From: Oikopleura dioica
Lineage: Eukaryota > Animalia > Chordata
DNA: 64,000 nt
Direction: 5' to 3'
Assembly: GCA_907165135.1 (NCBI GenBank)
Contig: OU015569.1
Location: forward strand, 11,284,001 to 11,348,000
Shown one piece after another: positions 62,668 through 64,000 of the stretch; the stretch's first letter is position 1; each line of letters opens with the position of its first letter. Position numbers and translations under genes: made by a program. A model generated the notes under the pieces. That model was not told where the DNA came from. It saw only the letters and a list, made by a program, of their open reading frames with translations, and did no database searches.

Positions 62668-64000
62668 CTATTTTTTGGACTTCTTATTCTTCTTCTTCTT
62701 TCCAATTTTGAGACTTTTCTCAATGTTGGCGATGGCGGCTTCGTTAGACGTGTACTTCGCGCTCTTTCCCGGCTGAGCTTCGTCTTGCGACCATTTCATG
62801 ATTTGAAACTCGAGGCCGTATTTTTCTGAACGAAGTGCTGCATTTTCCTCCATGTTCGCATGCTTCGCGAAGAGAAAAGCCGCGCGCCACTAGAAATCGA
62901 GTTCATTTGAGAAACCCATTGAAATCGGCTTACCCTGTCGCGGACTGTCTTCGATTCTTGCAGCAAATAGTGCCTTACATAGTCTGGACCGTAATCGACA
63001 AAAGGCGTCATGTCGTAAGTAGGCACCCATTTGTTGATCGGCCGCTGGAATTTGCCGAGCTCGCAAGGCATCATCGTCACGTGAACGCTTAAAATTTTGG
63101 TCGTCATTTCCTGGGATTTCTTTTACCTGTCGTGGTCGCCATTGTTTCGCATAAACTCGCCCCTTTCTTGGTCAATTTCAACTTTCAAGGTTTGAAAAAT
63201 TAATTCCAACATATTTCAAGTGATTTTTCTACAATTTGAGCTACTTTTTTCAGACCAAAAACCCATAGCAGGCCATGGTAATCCTGGAGCATGAATTCCA
63301 ATCCAAACAATGGAGCCAACTGTTAGTCGAATATCCGAGTAAATCCAGTATTTTGACCCGCCCTTGATAAGTACTCTTAGAGGATTTCGCATTGACTGAT
63401 TGCTTACCGGATGGTCAGGCTTTTCCTCAGGTTTCGAGCAGTGGTTGTATTTTTTGCGGGGATCAGGGTTCATTTCGCAAATCCAGTAGTCTGGCAATAA
63501 CGCAGGGTCTTCAAATTTGATTAAGAGCAGCTCTGAAGATTTGATTTACCTGTGCATTCTTTGAGATAGCGCCACTTTTTGCACTCGACACATTCGACCC
63601 ACGTTCCTTCGGCTTGGAGAACCTCACTCTTCCACTCCTTACCATTCCAATTGCGGCCGTGGAGCTTAATTATTCCGATTCTTCGTTTCTTTTTCCCGTT
63701 GGAAGAAGAAGCATGAGACGCTGTACTGTCGTAGTTTCGGATGACGTTGGTCCTCACGACCCGAGGTGTGTTTTCTGGTTGATTCGATGGTGCAGCTGGC
63801 TCTGTTGATGTCGAGGTTGTCTCTGACCGTGTATCGCGCAAATTAGAAGCCGATTTTTTCTTGTTGTTCGCAGTTTTCATCGGCTTCGGAAGAGGGATCT
63901 CGCTGCCCTGTGTGATTGCAAATGGAATCTTGGAAAAATAGGGTGGCCGAGTTGTTTTACGAGCTCTTCTTGACCCTCTTCTTTTCGACTGCGACTCGTC
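62668..64000 (-). CDS. zf-CW plus PWWP-like chromatin reader (ZCWPW-like), 5' end outside window
   Basis: WVECVECKKWRYL...PDYWICEMNPDP...NHCSKPEE (CW finger), then GSIVWIGIHAPGLPWPAM and VHVTMM (PWWP-like). Short Lys-rich tail with TAG at 62668. Confidence 0.75.

Overview
Gene-dense, intron-rich eukaryotic DNA from an animal. The likely source is a larvacean tunicate such as Oikopleura dioica. This is an inference from the mostly 35-50 nt introns, repeated GA-AG introns, same-strand gene runs with 35-300 bp gaps, and TTAGGG-type motifs. I reconstructed about 22 spliced genes by hand, so exon boundaries are approximate. Recognisable genes: carboxypeptidase B-like (partial), JIP3/4, CDK5RAP3, SLC25A20, TRAIP plus a short membrane-anchored RING paralog, SURF4, TMF1, MAP4K3/5, divergent TIMM50, TOLLIP, a JmjC hydroxylase, two tandem TIM10-type chaperones, ILF2, an hnRNP D/AB-like protein, plastin and a partial ZCWPW-like (CW+PWWP) gene. 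There are also several hypothetical genes. Two tRNA genes (Ser-GCT, Lys-TTT) lie antisense inside introns. The most striking non-genic structure is a 1,851-bp non-autonomous hAT-type element (41281-43131) with perfect 25-bp TIRs and an 8-bp TSD. It sits in an intron and carries 15 near-identical 56-bp GC hairpin units plus four AGGTCA-type half-sites at 10-bp spacing. A second hAT-type element (25450-26455, 8-bp TSD) separates the two RING paralogs. At least four small dispersed repeat families are also present. There is no CRISPR array, rRNA gene or transposase ORF.
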